From an uncultured bacterium (lineage in GTDB: Bacteria > Acidobacteriota > DATKUA01), in assembly GCA_965602675.1 (NCBI GenBank), contig CBFCZO010000007.1:4240-68239 (forward strand): DNA of 64,000 nt, in the 5' to 3' direction. Positions 19,006-28,987 of this stretch are shown piece after piece. The position numbers and the translations under genes are program-made. How positions within the stretch are numbered: position 1 is the first letter of the stretch; every line of letters begins with the position of its first letter. The notes below the pieces were generated by a model. The model saw nothing but the letters and a program-made list of their open reading frames with translations. It was not told where the DNA came from and did no database searches.

Positions 19006-21789
19006 ATGAAAAAAATCCTCTTAACCAGTCTGTTGCTGGCGCTGTGTGCAACAGTCGCGCTGGCGCAGACCACAACGGGTTCGATTTACGGAACCGTCAA
19101 GACAGCCGAAGGATTGATTATTACGGAAGCTAAAGTCACGTTGTCTGCCGAGCACGCAGCAGGGAAGACAGTGATGACCAGCAACCGCGGCACTTTCCGC
19201 TTCGGTGAGCTGCCGATCGGCGCCTTCACGGTGACCTTCGAAAAAGAGGGCTACCAGACCCTAATCCTCGAAGGCGTGATTGTTCGCCTGGGCGCCGCAG
19301 CTCGCGTCGACGCCACCCTCGAGGTTTCGGCGGTCGAGCAGGTGATCACCATCACCGGCGAGACCGCGGTGGTTGACATGAAGAAAACGGGGACGGCCAC
19401 CAACATCTCACAGGACTACCTCGCCAATATCCCGTCGGCGCGCGACCCCTGGGTCATCATGGACCAGGTGGCCGGTATTAACGTCGACCGCGTCAACGTC
19501 GGCGGCTCCGAGTCGGGTCAGCAGAGTAACTTTGTCTCCAAGGGCGACGACGGCGACAACGCGATGTGGAACGTCGACGGCGTCACCATCACAGACCAGT
19601 CGTCAATGTCCTCACCGGGCTACTACGACTACGACTCCTTCGAAGAGATGCAGATCACCACATCCGGCGCCGACGCCTCGATTCAGACCGCCGGCGTTGC
19701 GCTGAACTTCATCACCAAGCAGGGCAGCGACACCTTCCACGGCCAGGGCAGCGCATACTACACCGGCGAGAGCCTGCAGGGCGAGAACATACCCTCCGAC
19801 TTGGAAGCCCTGGGCTACGCCGGCAACAAGATCGACAGCATCAAGGACTACGGCTTCGACGTCGGCGGCCCGATCTGGAAGGGCAACATCTGGTTCTGGG
19901 GCGCCTATCGCATGCAGGACATCTCGATGCTGACGATTACCGGCACAACGGACGCCACCGAGCTGAAGAACTACAACCTTAAGTTCACCGGTCAGGCCGG
20001 TGACCGCAACCGCTGGACCTTCTTCTACAACCGCGGCGAGAAGATCAAGACCGGCCGTAACGCGGCCTGGAACCGTCCGCCCGAGACCACCCACGACCAG
20101 GGCGGCCCGGGCATAATCTACAAGATCGAGGACACCTTCCTGGCGACCGACGACCTTATCCTGTCGGGTAAATTCGCCTATGTCGACAGCGGCTTCTTCA
20201 TGATGCCGCAAGGCGGCGACGCCATCCCCTTCCGCGAGGACTCCACCGGTATGTACGGCGGCTCTTCGTGGTACTACGACACCATGCGTCCGCAATACCA
20301 GTTTACCGTGACTGGCGAGCAGTACATCGACGAGGCCTTCGGCGGCAGCCACGAGATCAAGGCCGGCTTCGAGTGGCGCAAGACCCCGGTGACCTCGCTC
20401 TCCGGCTACGGCGCCGATATGTTCCAGGTGCTGTGGGAGGGCGAGCCTTATGAGGTCTGGCTGACCGGAAAGGTCGACGCCAAAAAGGTGGCGATGCGCA
20501 CCAGCTTCTACGCGATGGACATCTTCAACCGCGATCGCTGGACCTTCAACTTCGGCGTGCGCTACGACCACCAGTGGGGCTACAACGTAGCTTCGCAGGC
20601 AGGCGGCAATCCGGTCATCCCCGACCTGATCCCCGACCTCAACTACGGCGGCACCGACACAGTTTTCAAAACCACTGATTTCCTGCCGCGCTTCGGCTTG
20701 ACCTATGACATCTTCGGCGACGGCAAGACGATTTTCCGCGGTAACTTCTCGATCTACGGCGACCAGATCATGGCCGGCACCGCTGCAACGGTTAACCCGC
20801 TGACTTGGCGCGAGATCGATTACGAGTGGACCGACCTCAACGGCGACATGTACCCGCAGCGTAACGAACTTGGTGCGATCACCTGGTGGGGAGGCCTCAA
20901 CCCGTTCGACCCCGGAGATCCGCTCGACAACGGCCGCAGGATCGAGACCGACCAGCTGCCCACTACCTATGAGGTTATCTTCGGCGCCGAGCGTGAAGTT
21001 ATGCCGGAGCTGGCGGTTTCGGGAACCTTCATATACCGCTACTTCACCGACTACAACTGGCGTCCGGACGACGCATGGGTCAACGATCCTTACACGCTGG
21101 CCGGCAGCGTCACCCAGGGCGGCTTCACCCGCGAGTACTACGAGCCGACAATGCAGCCGAGAGGCACTTCGGCATTGCAGCCCCTGGCCGATTACCACCA
21201 AAAGTACATGGGCTTCGAGTTCACCGTGACCAAGCGCCTCGCCGACAAGTGGATGGCCAACGCCTCCTTCTCCTACGGCGACACCAAGGTCTACTACGAC
21301 AGCGACGCGGCCTACACCGATCCCACCAACATCTCGGTTCTCAACGGCTACTCCTACGCCCCGCAGACGAGCGGCAGCGGAAAGGCTTCCATCTTCATGA
21401 ACTCCAAGTGGGCCTTCAAGCTCACAGGACTCTACCAGTTGCCCCTCGACATCAACATCAGCGGCTACATCAGCATGCGCGAAGGCTTCGCCTACCCGAT
21501 CCGCCTGCGTTCGCCCTACCGCAACTTCTCGGCGGGCCGCGTCTACGCCCAGGCAGAGCCGATGGGCGAGAACCACCTGCCGTTGCTCACGATGGTGGAC
21601 TTCCGTGTTGAAAAGACCTTCAGGATCCAGGATTTCGGCCGCCTCGGCCTGATCATGGACGTCTTCAACCTGCTCAACACCAACACCACACTCGGCAAGA
21701 ACCGCGACGCCTGGACCAGCTCATTCGGCCAGGTCACAGAGATCGTCAACCCGCGCGTCTTCCGCCTCGGAGTGCGCTTCCAGTTCTAA
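19006..21789 (+). CDS. TonB-dependent-receptor-like OM protein with CarboxypepD_reg domain (paralog 2)
   Basis: About 85% identical to paralog 1, with the same architecture and the same terminal …RFQF. Confidence 0.8.
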   Translation: MKKILLTSLLLALCATVALAQTTTGSIYGTVKTAEGLIITEAKVTLSAEHAAGKTVMTSNRGTFRFGELPIGAFTVTFEKEGYQTLILEGVIVRLGAAARVDATLEVSAVEQVITITGETAVVDMKKTGTATNISQDYLANIPSARDPWVIMDQVAGINVDRVNVGGSESGQQSNFVSKGDDGDNAMWNVDGVTITDQSSMSSPGYYDYDSFEEMQITTSGADASIQTAGVALNFITKQGSDTFHGQGSAYYTGESLQGENIPSDLEALGYAGNKIDSIKDYGFDVGGPIWKGNIWFWGAYRMQDISMLTITGTTDATELKNYNLKFTGQAGDRNRWTFFYNRGEKIKTGRNAAWNRPPETTHDQGGPGIIYKIEDTFLATDDLILSGKFAYVDSGFFMMPQGGDAIPFREDSTGMYGGSSWYYDTMRPQYQFTVTGEQYIDEAFGGSHEIKAGFEWRKTPVTSLSGYGADMFQVLWEGEPYEVWLTGKVDAKKVAMRTSFYAMDIFNRDRWTFNFGVRYDHQWGYNVASQAGGNPVIPDLIPDLNYGGTDTVFKTTDFLPRFGLTYDIFGDGKTIFRGNFSIYGDQIMAGTAATVNPLTWREIDYEWTDLNGDMYPQRNELGAITWWGGLNPFDPGDPLDNGRRIETDQLPTTYEVIFGAEREVMPELAVSGTFIYRYFTDYNWRPDDAWVNDPYTLAGSVTQGGFTREYYEPTMQPRGTSALQPLADYHQKYMGFEFTVTKRLADKWMANASFSYGDTKVYYDSDAAYTDPTNISVLNGYSYAPQTSGSGKASIFMNSKWAFKLTGLYQLPLDINISGYISMREGFAYPIRLRSPYRNFSAGRVYAQAEPMGENHLPLLTMVDFRVEKTFRIQDFGRLGLIMDVFNLLNTNTTLGKNRDAWTSSFGQVTEIVNPRVFRLGVRFQF

Positions 21790-21810
21790 GCGGTTACTGA
21801 CCGACGTCAA

Positions 21811-21846
21811 AGGGCGGGGAGGATTATCCTTCCCGCCCTTTTCTTA
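21811..21846 (+). terminator. Intrinsic terminator after TBDR paralog 2
   Basis: GGGCGGGGAGG…CCTTCCCGCCC hairpin followed by TTTTCTT. Confidence 0.6.
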
Positions 21847-21872
21847 CAACCCGCCTTCCAAGTCCAAAACTC

Positions 21873-22475
21873 ATGAACCGCTGTTCTATCCCAGAAGGAC
21901 CTCAGACGATCGAGCAGTACGACGGCCACAGCTACACGCCGCAGACGGGTGGAAGCGGCAAGTCGGCGATCTTCATCAACTCGCGGTGGGCTTTCAAGGC
22001 CACCGCCTCGTACCAGTTCCCGCTTGATATCAATGTTTCCGGATACTTCAGCCTGCGCGAAGACTTCGTACACCCGATCCGCGTGCGTTCACCGTATAGG
22101 GACCACTTCGCGGGCAGGGTTTACCCGGTGGTCGAGCCGATCGGAGAGAACCACCTGCCTAACCTGTCGGTCTTCGACGTGCGCGTGGAAAAGGTCTTCC
22201 GGTTGCAGGATTTCGGCCGCTTGGGCCTGATCATGGACGTGTTCAACGTCTTCAACACCGATTCAACGCTCGGCAAGAACCGTAACGCCTACCAGAGCAC
22301 TTTCGATCAGATCACAGAGATCGTTAATCCGAGGCTGTTCCGTTTCGCCGTGCGTTTCCAGTTCTGGGACAATATCGGCTGTCTTGATGGCCTTTTGCGG
22401 GGAGGAATTCTTCCTCCCCGCGCTTTTTTTATAGATACTCCAGAGGATCCTGCCAGGAACCAATCCGCCCCCTGA
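21873..22475 (+). pseudogene. 3' remnant (last ~150 aa) of a fourth TBDR-like paralog, stop codon lost
   Basis: The translation aligns with the C-terminal barrel strands of the full copies (…YTPQTGGSGKSAIFINSRWAFK…FRFAVRFQF). The TGA that follows RFQF in the other copies is TGG here, so the frame runs on by 35 codons. No 5' 85% of the gene and no promoter are present. The remnant has its own terminator hairpin at 22396-22432. Confidence 0.6.
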
Positions 22476-22632
22476 GATAGAAGGTAATTATTCAAAAATT
22501 CGATTCATATTTTCCTGCTAGTATTCAATTTTGTGAATACAAATTTGTGGATTCCCAATACCACAATCTGTATCAGCAAGCCGACCGCCACCCTCAATTG
22601 ACCAATACTCCCGATAAATAAGCGCCGCGTGC

Positions 22633-22647
22633 GGCACAATAATTGCT
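22633..22647 (+). promoter_or_regulatory. Sigma-54 -24/-12 element, (C)GGCAC-N5-TTGCT, about 140 bp upstream of TBDR-like gene 3
   Basis: GGCACAATAATTGCT is nearly identical to the paralog-2 element GGCACAATAGTTGCA. Confidence 0.55.
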
Positions 22648-22785
22648 CTTATCCTTAAGAAGTCACAGAGACACAACTCTTTTTATTGCAGCAGTTATAA
22701 GAGAAAGGAGGTGAGGATTAGCGCGTAAGCATCACCTATCGGACAACAACCTTTTTTTCTCCAAGCTAAAAATCAGGGAGCTAAC

Positions 22786-25584
22786 ATGAAAAAAATTACA
22801 CTGACTCTGTTGCTGCTTGCGCTGTGCGCCACGCTGGCGACGGCACAGACGACAACGGGGTCGATCTACGGCACAGTCAAGACAGTCGACGGGCTTGTCA
22901 TTACCGATGTCAAGATAACGCTGACCGCTGAACACGCTGTAACCTTGACAATAACTACCGGCGAACGCGGCTCTTTCCGCTTCGGCGAACTGCCAATCGG
23001 CATGTTCAACATGACCTTCGAGAAAGAGGGTTATCAGACCCTGATTATCGAAGGAGTCATGGTACGCATTGCCGCCGCCTCGCGTGTCGACGCAACTCTG
23101 GAAGTTTCCGCGGTCGAGCAAACGATCACCATCACCGGCGAGACGGCGTTGGTCGACCTTAAGAAAACCGGCACGGCGACGAACCTGTCGCAGTCCTATC
23201 TGTCCAACATCCCCTCCGCCCGCGATCCCTGGGTTATCCTAGATCAGGTCGCAGGCATCAACGTCGACCGCGTCAACGTGGGCGGCTCGGAGTCGGGCCA
23301 GCAGAGCAACTTCATGTCACACGGTGATGATGGCGATAACGTGATGTGGAACATCGACGGCATTACCATCACCGACCAGTCATCGATGTCATCGCCCGGC
23401 TACTACGACTTCGACTCGTTCGAAGAGATGCAGATCACCACTTCCGGCGCGGACGCTTCGATTCAGACCGCCGGCGTGGCGCTGAACTTCATCACCAAGC
23501 AGGGCAGCGACACCTTCCACGGACAGGGCAGTGTCTACTACACCAACGATAGCCTGCAGGGTGAGAACATCCCGTCCGATCTGGAGGCGAGAGGATACTC
23601 GGGCAACCAGATCGACAGCATCAAGGACTACGGCTTCGACGCCGGCGGTCCTATCTGGAAGGGCAAACTCTGGTTCTGGGGCGCCTATCGCATGCAGGAC
23701 ATCACACTGCTGACGATCACCGGCCAGTCAGACGCCACCCAGCTGAAGAACTACAACCTCAAGTTCACCGGCCAGGCCGGCGACCGCAACCGCTGGACCT
23801 TCTTCTACACCCGCGGTGAAAAGATCAAGGACGGCCGCGGCGCTGCCTGGAACCGTCCGCCCGAAACAACCTTTGACCAGGGCGGACCGACCATCCTCTA
23901 CAAAGGCGAGGATACCTTCCTTGCTACCGACAACCTTATCCTCAGCGCCAAGTTCGCCTACGTCGACAGCGGCTTCTTCTTCCATCCGAAGGGCGGCGAC
24001 GCCATCCCGTACCGTGAAGACTCGACCGGTATTTGGGGTGGTTCCTTCTACTACTATGATACCACCCGTCCAGAGTACCAGTTCACTGGAACCGGTGAGT
24101 ATTACATCGAAGAGGCGTTCGGCGGCAGCCACGAGATCAAGGCCGGCTTCGAGTGGCGCAAGACCCCGGTGACCTCGCTCTCCGGTTACGGCGCCGACAT
24201 GGCGCAGATGTTATGGGAAGGCGAGCCCTACATGGTCTGGTTGACCGGCAAGGTCGACGCCAAGAAGGTGGCGATGCGCACCAGCTTCTACCTGATGGAT
24301 ATCTTCAACATGGACCGCTTCACCTTCAACTTCGGCCTGCGCTACGACCGCCAGTGGGGCTATAACAATGCTTCCAGGGCTGCCGGCAACCCGGTAATTC
24401 CCGATATCATCCCCGATCTCGACTACCAGGGCTCCGACACCGTCTTCAGCAGCACTGATATCGTGCCTCGCCTAGGCATGACCTACGACGTCTTCGGCGA
24501 CGGCAAGACGATCATCCGCGCCAACTTCTCAATGTACGCCGACCAGATCCAGGCCGGCACCGCCGAGTACGAAAATCCGCTCGGCTGGCGCGAAGTCGAC
24601 TACTACTGGACCGACCTCAACGGCGACATGTACCCGCAGAGTAACGAGTTGGGCGATATCGACTGGTGGTACGGCCTCAACCCGTTTGATCCCAACGCCG
24701 ATCCGTATATCACCAACGTGAATGTGACAGCCGAGAACGTAGCCCGCACGATGGAATTCCTCATCGGCGTCGAACGCGAGATCATGCCGCAGGTTGCCGT
24801 TTCCGGCACCTTCGTCTACCGCAAGTTCACCGACCTCTTCTGGCCGTGGAACGCCCTGCCCGACGATAACTGGCGGAGCGATCCTTGGACGGTCGCAGGC
24901 AGCGTGACCCAGGGCGGCTCCACGCGCGATTATTACGAGCCGACCATGGATGCGGCCGGAACGGTCACCTATGACAACCGTCCCGACTACTACCGCGTCT
25001 ACAAGGGACTGGAAGTTCAGGCTACCAAGCGCCTGGCCGACAAATGGATGGCTTCCGCGTCCTTCTCCTACGGCAGCACAACTCAGCACTTCGACAGCCC
25101 GGCTGCCTATGAAGACCCGACAAACATCCCGCAGACAAACGGCTTTGCCTACGCCCCTGAGTCCGGCGGCAGCGGCAAAACCGCCATCTTCATGAACTCG
25201 CGCTGGGCCTTCAAGCTGACCGGCCTCTACCAGCTCCCTTACGACATCAACGTCAGCGGCTACCTCAGCATGCGTGAGGGATTCGCCTACCCCGTTCGGC
25301 TCCGCTCGCCTTCGCGCGCATTCAGCGCCGGCAGGGCATACCCGCTGGCCGTTGGCATGGGTGAGGAGCACCTGGACAACGTGACGATGGTCGACCTGCG
25401 CGCCGAGAAGATTTTCAATCTTAAGGACTACGCGCGCGTCGGCCTCATCATGGACGTCTTTAACCTTCTTAACACAAATACCGAGCTGGGTCGCAACCGC
25501 GACGCCTGGCATAGCACTTTCGGCCAGGTTACCGAGATCGTGAACCCGAGGATCTTCCGCCTCGGCGTGAGACTCCAGTTCTGA
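22786..25584 (+). CDS. TonB-dependent-receptor-like OM protein with CarboxypepD_reg domain (paralog 3)
   Basis: About 75-80% identical to paralogs 1 and 2, with the same architecture and C-terminal …RLQF. The terminator (GCGGGGGGGG…CCTCCCCGC followed by TCTTTTCTT) is at about 25610-25650. Confidence 0.8.
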   Translation: MKKITLTLLLLALCATLATAQTTTGSIYGTVKTVDGLVITDVKITLTAEHAVTLTITTGERGSFRFGELPIGMFNMTFEKEGYQTLIIEGVMVRIAAASRVDATLEVSAVEQTITITGETALVDLKKTGTATNLSQSYLSNIPSARDPWVILDQVAGINVDRVNVGGSESGQQSNFMSHGDDGDNVMWNIDGITITDQSSMSSPGYYDFDSFEEMQITTSGADASIQTAGVALNFITKQGSDTFHGQGSVYYTNDSLQGENIPSDLEARGYSGNQIDSIKDYGFDAGGPIWKGKLWFWGAYRMQDITLLTITGQSDATQLKNYNLKFTGQAGDRNRWTFFYTRGEKIKDGRGAAWNRPPETTFDQGGPTILYKGEDTFLATDNLILSAKFAYVDSGFFFHPKGGDAIPYREDSTGIWGGSFYYYDTTRPEYQFTGTGEYYIEEAFGGSHEIKAGFEWRKTPVTSLSGYGADMAQMLWEGEPYMVWLTGKVDAKKVAMRTSFYLMDIFNMDRFTFNFGLRYDRQWGYNNASRAAGNPVIPDIIPDLDYQGSDTVFSSTDIVPRLGMTYDVFGDGKTIIRANFSMYADQIQAGTAEYENPLGWREVDYYWTDLNGDMYPQSNELGDIDWWYGLNPFDPNADPYITNVNVTAENVARTMEFLIGVEREIMPQVAVSGTFVYRKFTDLFWPWNALPDDNWRSDPWTVAGSVTQGGSTRDYYEPTMDAAGTVTYDNRPDYYRVYKGLEVQATKRLADKWMASASFSYGSTTQHFDSPAAYEDPTNIPQTNGFAYAPESGGSGKTAIFMNSRWAFKLTGLYQLPYDINVSGYLSMREGFAYPVRLRSPSRAFSAGRAYPLAVGMGEEHLDNVTMVDLRAEKIFNLKDYARVGLIMDVFNLLNTNTELGRNRDAWHSTFGQVTEIVNPRIFRLGVRLQF

Positions 25585-25758
25585 TCCGGCGACCTGAGCG
25601 ATAGCACAAAGCGGGGGGGGGTAAAAACCTCCCCGCTCTTTTCTTATTCTCTGCACTTCTGATATATTTAGCCACGCAAGTATCGGTGTCTTCTCGAGAG
25701 CCGGAACTGCGCAAATTAAGTATTGTCAATATTATGAATGATATTTCGCGTACGAGGT

Positions 25759-26727
25759 ATGGATATGCTTAGCAGACGGCCGGTTTATACGGTACTTTTC
25801 ACAGCTGTAATCTTCCTTGCAGCTTCCATCAGCCTCAGCGCCCAGGATTGGAGGGGACAGGGCCGGGTTATAGGCACGGTAAGCGCGCCCGACGGCACGC
25901 CGATCGCGGGCTGTCAGGTCAAGGGCACTCACCAGAGTTATCAGGACGGCCCCACGGTCGAGACTGACGAGAAGGGCAAATGGACAATCAGCGGAGTCAG
26001 AGGGGGAACCTGGATGATAGATTTTTATCATCCTGACTATCAGCCATACGGCATCAGCGTCCAGATCAGCAACGTCCGCCGCGGCAAGCCGATTGACATC
26101 GTGCTCCAGCCAGCCACGGGAGTCATCGGCGGCGTCGATGACGCGCTGGCCGAAGATGTTGCGGCGGCTGAAGAACTCTACGAAGCCGGCAACTACCAGG
26201 AAGCTCTGGACGCATTCAGCACCATTCTGGAGCAGAAGCCTGAGGTCAACGCGATACGCGTGCGCATCGGTGAGTGCCACCTGCAGCTCGGCAACAGCGA
26301 CGAGGCGAAGGCTCTCGGCGAGCAGGTGCTCTCGGCTGATCCCAACAACGCCGCAGCTCTCACGCTGATGGGCAACATAGCCTACAAACAGTCCGACTGG
26401 GAATCCGCGGAGAAATACTATTCCAGGATCGTCGAGCTCGCCCCGGGCGACGCAGGTGTCTGGGCCAACCTCGGCGAAATCACCATGAACCTGCGCAAAT
26501 ACGATAAAGCGCAGGAGGCCTACGAGAAGGCGATAGAGCTCAACCCGCAGTTCTTCGACCTTTACGTGCAACTGTCGGCAGTCCAGATGGTCGCGGAGGA
26601 ATACGATAAAGCCTTGGCAACACTTCAAAAGCTCAAGGAACTCGCCCCCCCCGACCACCAAATCTTCCAGATCTGGAACGTGGACGAGCTGATTGCAATT
26701 TGCCAAGCCGGGCTTGAGAACAAGTAA
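25759..26727 (+). CDS. Secreted carboxypeptidase-regulatory-like domain plus TPR repeat protein
   Basis: Signal peptide, then a CarboxypepD_reg-like segment (GRVIGTVSAPDGTPIAGCQVKG…DEKGKWTISGVRGGTWMIDF), then TPR-like helices. The start (25759 or 25765) is ambiguous. Confidence 0.65.
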   Translation: MDMLSRRPVYTVLFTAVIFLAASISLSAQDWRGQGRVIGTVSAPDGTPIAGCQVKGTHQSYQDGPTVETDEKGKWTISGVRGGTWMIDFYHPDYQPYGISVQISNVRRGKPIDIVLQPATGVIGGVDDALAEDVAAAEELYEAGNYQEALDAFSTILEQKPEVNAIRVRIGECHLQLGNSDEAKALGEQVLSADPNNAAALTLMGNIAYKQSDWESAEKYYSRIVELAPGDAGVWANLGEITMNLRKYDKAQEAYEKAIELNPQFFDLYVQLSAVQMVAEEYDKALATLQKLKELAPPDHQIFQIWNVDELIAICQAGLENK

Positions 26728-26775
26728 AAACAACCAGCCCGGCCGGGACGGCATTAAATTGCCGGGAGGATAGGC

Positions 26776-28977
26776 ATGCGCAAGTTTACCTTGTTTACGG
26801 CGGCTGCACTAGCAGTGGCGATCCTTGCACTGACCGCAGCCGGACAGGACGATCCTGTTCAGAAAAAACCCTTTTATTACAGAATCGAGGCTAACAGGGT
26901 CGCAATTCCTGTCTACGTTATCGATTCCGACGGCATGCCGGTCACCGGCCTGGGCATGGAAGACTTCGAAGTGCGGGAGGGGCGTAATCTCTGCCGCATC
27001 GAATCCGTGGAGTTCATCGACCACACCAAACCTGCCGCCCGCGTCTATGAAATCACACCACCGGAAAGCAGGCGGCAGTTTCTGCTGATCTTCGATCTCA
27101 GCTTCGCGAACATCCCCGGCATCAGGGCAGCCAGGTCCGCTGGTCTGAAATTTCTGCTCGAACAGACAACGCCGCTCGATCTGGTTGCCGTCGTGACCGT
27201 CTCTCAGCGCGGAGGGGTGGATCTGCTTTGCCCGTTCTCCACTCAGCGCAGCCAGGCTCTGCATTCCGTTTCCAGCCTCGGCCTGGGCGCATCACTGAAA
27301 TATCGTGATCCCGCGGGATTCGCCTTCGACAACGAGCTCGAGAGCATCGAGAACGAGATCTCCAGCTTGCAGGATGTCGAACAGAATCTGACCGGCGGAG
27401 GCAACGCCGCGGATGCGCTGCAGAATATGGGCGACATCATGAAACTAAACAAGTCGCTCGACCTACAGCGCTACACCGGTGTCGTCACTCGCTATATCGG
27501 CGTTTTCGAATCGCTGGCCACCGGGCTAAACAGCCTCCACGGCCGCAAGAACGTGATCCTCTTCTCCGAGGGCTTCGACCAGAAGGCGCTCACCGGCAAA
27601 ACGCTCTCAGAGCTGGAAGAAGACGCTGCACAGATGGCTACACTGACGACCGAAAATGTCGGCGCGATCGACTCCACGGGGCGCTACGGCTCAGTGGCCT
27701 TGCAGCGGGCGTTCGCGTCACTGCTCGATGAGTTCAGCCGCGGCAACTCTGTGTTCTACGTCGTCGACGTCGGCCGCCTCGATGCCGGTAGCACAGACGA
27801 GCATGAGACGCGCCAGCGCGGACAGAACACGCTCTTCCAGTTCGCCAACGAAACCAACGGTATTCTCTACAAGAACATCAACAGCATTGAGTCGATCCTG
27901 GACGATATCGCCCAGCGCACAAGTGCCAGCTACCTGGTGGTGTTCGAGCCGTCGAGACCGGGCAAGCCGGGAGAATTCAGGAAAGTGGATATTTCGGTTA
28001 GGAATCAGAAGCTCTCGGTTAACCATCAGGAGGGTTACTTCGTCGAGAAGGAGTATCGAGAATTCACTCCACAGGAAAAGATGATTCAGCTAAGCGAGTT
28101 TGTGAGCAAGGATCTGATAAGCCAGCGGATACCTTTCAACTTCGAGCCGCAGTTCTTCATGGGCAACGGCGTGCAGGTTCGCATACCTGTATTCCTGGAG
28201 GTGGAAGGCAGCAGCATCCTCGCCCTTAAAGGCGAACGCCGAAATGACAACATCGCGATCGAGATTTACGGTTATCTCGTTGACGATAAAAACAAACCAC
28301 TCGACTTCTTCTTCGATGTAATCAACTTCAGCACGCCCGAACAGAAAACACTCCTCCAAAGCAAGGGGATCAAGTATTACGGCCTGCTCATCTCCCAGCC
28401 GGGGCGTTACAAGATCAAGTGTATCGTCCGCGACCACGAACTCGGCGCCATCAGCTCCCAGATACAGACGGTTCAGGTTCCTCATTTCGACAAGCAAGTA
28501 TTGCGGATGAGCGGCCCGGTGTTCATAGAATCCCGCGATCACTGGCTCAACATGCTGAAAAAAACCAAACTGGAAGCCACCGGCCGCCGCGAAGGACAGC
28601 CTGTCGAATACCCATATGTATGGGGTGAGCGGGTGTGGACTCCCGCGCTCAATCCTACATTCGATCTCGCAAGGCCGGAGTTGTTTTACGTCCGCATGTA
28701 CAGCCTGCTGTTGCACCCGGAGCAGAATATTCCGCAAGTCTCGATGAAATTCGAAATTCTCGATTCCGAAGGCGGCAGTTTGTCTCTAACCCGCGTCGCC
28801 CTGGTCGATCGCAAGGATAATCCGGAGGAATCGACGTACGATCTGCTATTCCAGGTGAACTTGTCCGAGCTCGACCTGAAACCCGGCCAGCATTGGATAA
28901 GGTTCTCCATTACAGACAATCTCTCGGACAACGAAGTCTCCTCCGAGGTACCTTTCATTATCGCCGGAGCCGAGTAG
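26776..28977 (+). CDS. Large secreted hypothetical protein, possible VWA-like domain
   Basis: Signal peptide. A region (…FLLIFDLSFANIPGIRAARSAG…LDLVAVVTVSQRGGVD…) resembles a VWA fold but has an imperfect MIDAS motif. A GGGAGGA ribosome-binding site precedes the ATG. Confidence 0.5.
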   Translation: MRKFTLFTAAALAVAILALTAAGQDDPVQKKPFYYRIEANRVAIPVYVIDSDGMPVTGLGMEDFEVREGRNLCRIESVEFIDHTKPAARVYEITPPESRRQFLLIFDLSFANIPGIRAARSAGLKFLLEQTTPLDLVAVVTVSQRGGVDLLCPFSTQRSQALHSVSSLGLGASLKYRDPAGFAFDNELESIENEISSLQDVEQNLTGGGNAADALQNMGDIMKLNKSLDLQRYTGVVTRYIGVFESLATGLNSLHGRKNVILFSEGFDQKALTGKTLSELEEDAAQMATLTTENVGAIDSTGRYGSVALQRAFASLLDEFSRGNSVFYVVDVGRLDAGSTDEHETRQRGQNTLFQFANETNGILYKNINSIESILDDIAQRTSASYLVVFEPSRPGKPGEFRKVDISVRNQKLSVNHQEGYFVEKEYREFTPQEKMIQLSEFVSKDLISQRIPFNFEPQFFMGNGVQVRIPVFLEVEGSSILALKGERRNDNIAIEIYGYLVDDKNKPLDFFFDVINFSTPEQKTLLQSKGIKYYGLLISQPGRYKIKCIVRDHELGAISSQIQTVQVPHFDKQVLRMSGPVFIESRDHWLNMLKKTKLEATGRREGQPVEYPYVWGERVWTPALNPTFDLARPELFYVRMYSLLLHPEQNIPQVSMKFEILDSEGGSLSLTRVALVDRKDNPEESTYDLLFQVNLSELDLKPGQHWIRFSITDNLSDNEVSSEVPFIIAGAE

Positions 28978-28987
28978 GAAAAGAGTT

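Noticed and set aside
15709-25584. Possibility that the triplicated TBDR genes are an assembly collapse or expansion artefact
   Set aside because: The copies differ throughout (15-25% amino-acid divergence), have distinct leaders and terminators, and unique flanks.
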